Shown here: positions 61,012-64,000 of the stretch, piece after piece
Numbering within the stretch: the stretch's first letter is position 1
How the letters are laid out: each line of letters begins with the position of its first letter
Assembly: GCA_964106915.2 (NCBI GenBank)
Contig: OZ066922.1
Origin: Podarcis gaigeae
Lineage: Eukaryota
Direction: 5' to 3' (one strand)
DNA length: 64,000 nt
The notes under the pieces: model-generated
Seen by the model: only the letters and a program-made list of their open reading frames with translations
The model's database searches: none
Told to the model about the DNA's origin: nothing
Position numbers and translations under genes: made by a program

Positions 61012-63721
61012 GCTGTGCTTGCCATATAAAATATGGAGCTGCCTTGGAGCATTCAACTCTAGTTTACATTGACCTTCAAAGCAATAAAGCCTCAGTGAAT
61101 GTACTTATTTTTTTAGAGTTTCTTACAGACAGTGGCACAACAAAGATCCACCTAAAAGAAAATTTATGTATGTACTTCACAATTTCAAAGTCTGTTCCAC
61201 TGAGCTAAAGATGATGCACACTTTCAAGTCCCCGTAAGAGAGACTTGTGCAATGTGCAACACCCAGTGTCGAGACAAGCCTCCGGAATATGCTCTACATA
61301 TCCTTGAATAAAGGTTTCCATTTCCCAGCTGCCCTAAGACACAGGGTTCTATCGCTTATAATTCATGTGTGTCCCTGAAAGCCTGCAAAGCAAACAATTT
61401 ATCTCTTAAGTTCAAGGTTGTTGACACGTGGTTTTATAAATAAGTCTCCACATTGCAGGCTTTTAACTCCCTGAATGCTGAAATTGGTGGGGACTGTATT
61501 TTCTTTGTTTTTTCCATGAATTCCTTTAACAATTACATTTCTTTCCTGCAATAAAATGTGCCTGTTTACCTCAATTCCCAGTAACCAGCTCTTTAAAAAC
61601 AAAAAACAAAACCTCTTTAGGATTTGTTGTGCTTGAATTTATACTACATACAAACTAGGTCTAAGAAATTATGTGACTCAGTCAGGGATGCATTTAAAGG
61701 CAAATCTATATCATTTGCACTTTTTGAAACAATTCACTAACTGAAAGACAGCCACTCTTCAAAATTTGAACTTTTCTGAATTTTGCAAAGCAGTTCTTCA
61801 ACCATGCAATGTGTACAAAAATACATATACTGCAGTAAAGTGTGCACAGAAATGCATTTTGTTTGAATAACATAAATAGGATAAATTGTGTTTCAAAAAT
61901 GTGTCTATTAGGCAAAATTGCATTAAAGTGTGTATATTGGGAACAATTTGCACTAAAAGGCTGGTGAATTTTCAGGATTAGGATTTTTTTTTTAATGTGC
62001 AAAGTGATGTGGAAGTGTAGAGAACTGAAAATTGGAAACATGAGAGAAACTAAAATTGACAGATTTCCCCACCCCTAGGATGAGCTCGCATTGTGGTCTG
62101 ATGAATATTGCTTGGATATGTTCTGCTTCCTCTGGCACCCAGGAGTGGCATCCATCATTTTTTTCTGATACTTGGTAAGGAGACAAACACAGAAGGAAAT
62201 TTGAGCCCTCCTCAAATTGATTCTGATGGATCCTACACTAACTGCCAGAGAAAGGTGTCCTGTTCCCAGGGGCTGGCGCTGTCAGGCTCAAAAATGACTG
62301 GATCTGTGCTGGGTGAGAGAGAATCACACATGACTCCTAGTGCTGAGATATCGAGGAGTGCAATTTGCAACGAGCTAAGCAGAAGATTTCAGCTTGCTCA
62401 CCTCACCCGAAATGCTGTGAATAGGTGAGAGGGGCCAGCTCACGTGGGCTATAGTGAAAGCAATGCCAACATTATCACCAGCACTTAGCTGAAATGTATA
62501 ATAGAGATGGAAGGTCATGGACAAGTCTTGACCTTGACATGCACACAGTATGGGATAACGCACAGACATGAAGCAAATAAAAATGCCGATTCACAAAACT
62601 AATCATGGGTAATGAAATATGAAAACATATGTACCATATTTTTCGCTATATAAGACGCACTTTCCCCCTCCAAAAATTAAGGGGAAATGTTTGTGCGTCT
62701 TATGGAGCGAATGCAGGCTCCATGGCTTCAGCGAAAGTAACGTTAAGCCTCCAAAGTGCAGCGGGAATGTTTCCACCGTGCTCCGGAGGCTTCGCTTTGC
62801 TTTCTCTTCGCTTTGGTGCGCACCAACCCCTCTTGCTCTCCAGGCTTCAGGTTGCTTTTGCTGAAGCCAGGAGAGCAAGACTCTCCTGGCTTCAGGGATA
62901 GCTGCCTGAAACCTCTGGAGCGCAGCGCTCCGGAGGCTTCGCGTTGCTTTCGCTGAAGCCTGGAGAGCGAAAGGGGTCGGTGCGCACCGGTCCCTCTTGC
63001 TCTCCTGGCTTCGCTTCGCTGGAGAGGCGCTGCACAGCTTTCCCTCTCTGTGCAGCGCCCCTTCAGCAAAGCGGGAAGGGAAATGGAAGGGGCTCCGTTT
63101 CTCCTGCCGCTTCGCAGAGAGGGAGAGACTTTTTTTCTCTTGTTCTCCCCCTCTAAAACTAGGTGCCTCCTATGGTCGGGTGCGTCCTATAGAGCGAAAA
63201 ATACGGGACATTTCTCTATATAGATACTGTCTTCCATTGTCTGTTGTGTTGTTGTTTTTCACATCAGGAAAGTGACTCTAGACTGGACCAATATTTAAGG
63301 TTCTCAGATCAAGCTTCATGACTTGCATGAACATTGAACGTGTGAACATACAGCTGTACCTGGAGTGAAAGAAGTCATGTGTGCTGCATTCAACAGCCAC
63401 ATTGCATCATGTTTGATGATTCTGCAGCTTCTTGAAATTAGTCCCTCCAAACTCCATCCCCAACGCGCACCCAGTATGCGAAAGTGCAAACTCACCACCG
63501 CCAGCAGCAGGCAACTGCTTTTGACATTTTCCCAAAGTAAGGTATCAAGGACTTACTTTATTATTGCTCTCTGGAAGGACCATGTCCTGCTGTGCAGCCG
63601 TCTCCATTGGGCTGCTGAGTAACACATCTGCTTCCAAACTAGCGTTTGCTTCCCCAACTGTCTTCACTGAAACAGTCACTTGTGAAGGTTGGCCAAATTT
63701 AATATTCTTGGCCAACTGTTG
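40843..63721 (-). CDS. CRACD: Capping protein inhibiting regulator of actin dynamics (KIAA1211), 5'-partial; exons 63721-63557, 60490-60422, 56155-55970, 53313-49806, 48241-48051, 45285-45105, 41003-40843
   Basis: In-frame GT-AG splicing; conserved blocks QQLAKNIKFGQ, NLDAIPLAIARLDNSAAKHKLSVKPK, SPFGVKLRRTNYSLRF, ETAQPLWITLALQKQKGF, STEPAWLALAKRKAKAWSDCPQIIK*; convergent with AASDH as in other vertebrates. Confidence 0.95.
45105..45285 (-). CDS. CRACD: CRACD exon with Ser10 tract
   Basis: gctag|ASISNQTDTKSSSSSSSSSSRTSTLPRP...RFERREQLKKSNTLPTSVT|gtatgg. Confidence 0.9.
45496..45743. mobile_element. hAT Charlie-type MITE (OC1/OposCharlie-like)
   Basis: TIRs CAGGGGTACACAACCT / AGGTTGCTGACCCCTG; TSD CCCCAGAC / CACCAGAC; subterminal GGTCTGAGGGA...ACTGGCCC. 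Confidence 0.8.
46520..46875 (+). mobile_element. Sauria SINE with 12-bp TSD
   Basis: GGGACGCAGGTGG...(ACCTTT)n flanked by TAAGGTATGGGA at 46508-46519 and 46876-46887. Confidence 0.93.
46962..47241. mobile_element. Degenerate Tc2-like MITE
   Basis: ATTTTTCCATGTATCAGAC ... GTCTTGTACATGGGAAATTA inverted ends. Confidence 0.5.
48051..48241 (-). CDS. CRACD: CRACD exon
   Basis: ttctag|(E)RPVLQSRHSIDGSKLIEKVETAQPLWITLALQKQKGF...LAKEN|gtaagt. Confidence 0.93.
48595..48740 (+). mobile_element. tRNA-Lys-derived SINE with CR1-like tail
   Basis: TAGCTCAGTCAGTAAAGAGTGAGACACTTAAATCTCTGGGTCCTGGGTTCAAGCCCCACATTGGGC, then TCCTTCCAACTCTACAATTTTATGAT; same family as 8321-8445. Confidence 0.72.
49806..53313 (-). 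CDS. CRACD: CRACD giant exon (3508 nt)
   Basis: tactag|GAG ATG CAA ... AAA AAA G|gtaggc; E/Q/R/K-rich helical region, then FPKVNLSP, PHTAILVTGAQLCG, FGVKLRRTNYSLRF, KPALAPKP. Confidence 0.94.
52268..52824 (-). repeat. Coding 42-bp tandem repeat, about 13 copies (ELEAQRQLEEQRHQ)
   Basis: Plus-strand unit CTCTTCCAGTTGCCTTTGTGCCT(C/T)CAGTTCCTGATGC(C/T)TTTG repeated with few substitutions. Confidence 0.95.
54002..54209. mobile_element. hAT MITE
   Basis: TIRs CAGGCATGTTCAAC / GTTGGACATGCCTG; TSD CCCTACAT / CCCTACAC. Confidence 0.8.
55044..55168. mobile_element. Short hAT (Tip100-like) MITE
   Basis: Perfect 17-bp TIRs CAGTGGCGTAGCGTGGG; TSD GGATCACA / GGATCGCA. Confidence 0.85.
55970..56155 (-). 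CDS. CRACD: CRACD exon (DUF4592-type conserved block)
   Basis: ttaacag|VTPVKSSSRPKRHHSPSGTIETVNLDAIPLAIARLDNSAAKHKLSVKPKNQRVSKKHRRLSQ|gtattg. Confidence 0.93.
56910..57164 (+). mobile_element. Solo LTR (255 bp)
   Basis: TGTTA...TAACA termini; in order: octamer ATGCAAAT (56982), ATTGG (57015), TATATAA (57052), AATAAA (57103). Confidence 0.7.
58114..58278. mobile_element. Palindromic MITE
   Basis: ACCATACATTTAAAGC ... GCTTTAAATGTATGGT inverted arms. Confidence 0.65.
58440..58703. mobile_element. hAT Tip100-like MITE related to 55044-55168
   Basis: CAGTGGCGTAGCGTGGG ... GCTATGCCACTG; TSD decayed. Confidence 0.6.
58794..59030. mobile_element. Tigger/pogo-type MITE
   Basis: Right end CAAGGTACCACTG|ta matches the TIR at 3683; left end degenerate. 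Confidence 0.55.
59407..59763 (-). mobile_element. Sauria SINE
   Basis: Same sequence family and orientation as 280-633. Confidence 0.9.
60422..60490 (-). CDS. CRACD: CRACD 69-nt exon
   Basis: tttttccag|SGGTPDSLSPASLRGTRQEVEDK|gtaata; phase 0-0; resembles the mammalian SSDTPSSLSPLNL...MEEK segment. Confidence 0.85.
60932..61011. repeat. Compound (TAA)/(TAG) microsatellite
   Basis: Read directly from the sequence. Confidence 0.9.
62634..63206. mobile_element. Tc2-like MITE with internal tandem duplication
   Basis: ta|CCATATTTTTCGCTATATAAGACGCAC ... GTGCGTCCTATAGAGCGAAAAATACGG; internal repeats of GCTCCGGAGGCTTCGC and GGTGCGCACC. Confidence 0.85.
63557..63721 (-). CDS. CRACD: CRACD exon
   Basis: ccccag|QQLAKNIKFGQPSQ...LLSSPMETAAQQDMVLPESNNK|gtaagt. 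Confidence 0.9.
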
Positions 63722-64000
63722 CTGGGGGGAAAAACAACAACACCCTGCATATTAGAAAGGAAAAACATAGCTGTTCATACCCTCTCCTACACAGTTAATT
63801 CCTCTCCAACAGTGATGGGGCCCATAATATTCAGCATTATCAGATGAAAGAGAAGGCAGTTAATTTTAGTAACTGTATTAGAACAACAGATCACAGGCTG
63901 CACTTAGCGCATCTAGACCCTGGCCTGGTCTCCTTGGCAATGCTTCCCCCAGGTGGGATTGGACAACTGACTGAGGTAGGCGGAGACCTCCAGGTATCCC

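Overview
Eukaryotic (vertebrate) genomic DNA from a squamate reptile, very probably a lacertid lizard, judged from Sauria SINEs, a Bov-B LINE and tRNA-Lys/CR1-type SINEs. It holds the conserved vertebrate block PPAT - AASDH - CRACD (KIAA1211). (1) The last four coding exons of PPAT on + (1280-3274). (2) The complete AASDH/ACSF4 gene on +: CpG-island promoter at about 7560-8300 and 14 coding exons (9258-33517) giving a 1086-aa NRPS-like adenylation-thiolation-PQQ-repeat protein. (3) Seven coding exons of the convergent CRACD gene on - (63721 to 40843; the 5' end lies outside the window), including a 3.5-kb exon with a 42-bp coding tandem repeat. Introns and UTRs carry many transposons: a near full-length Bov-B, three Sauria SINEs, hAT/Tc2/Tigger-type MITEs with readable TIRs and TSDs, and LTR-like solos. 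Most short ORFs in the supplied track are spurious or antisense shadows. I see no evidence of a wholly new gene system. The best leads are a candidate shared bidirectional poly(A) site for AASDH and CRACD, the CRACD coding VNTR, a uORF overlapping the AASDH start codon, a three-level nested transposon and a candidate unannotated CRACD cassette exon. Gene and repeat-family names rest on recalled sequence similarity, not on database searches.
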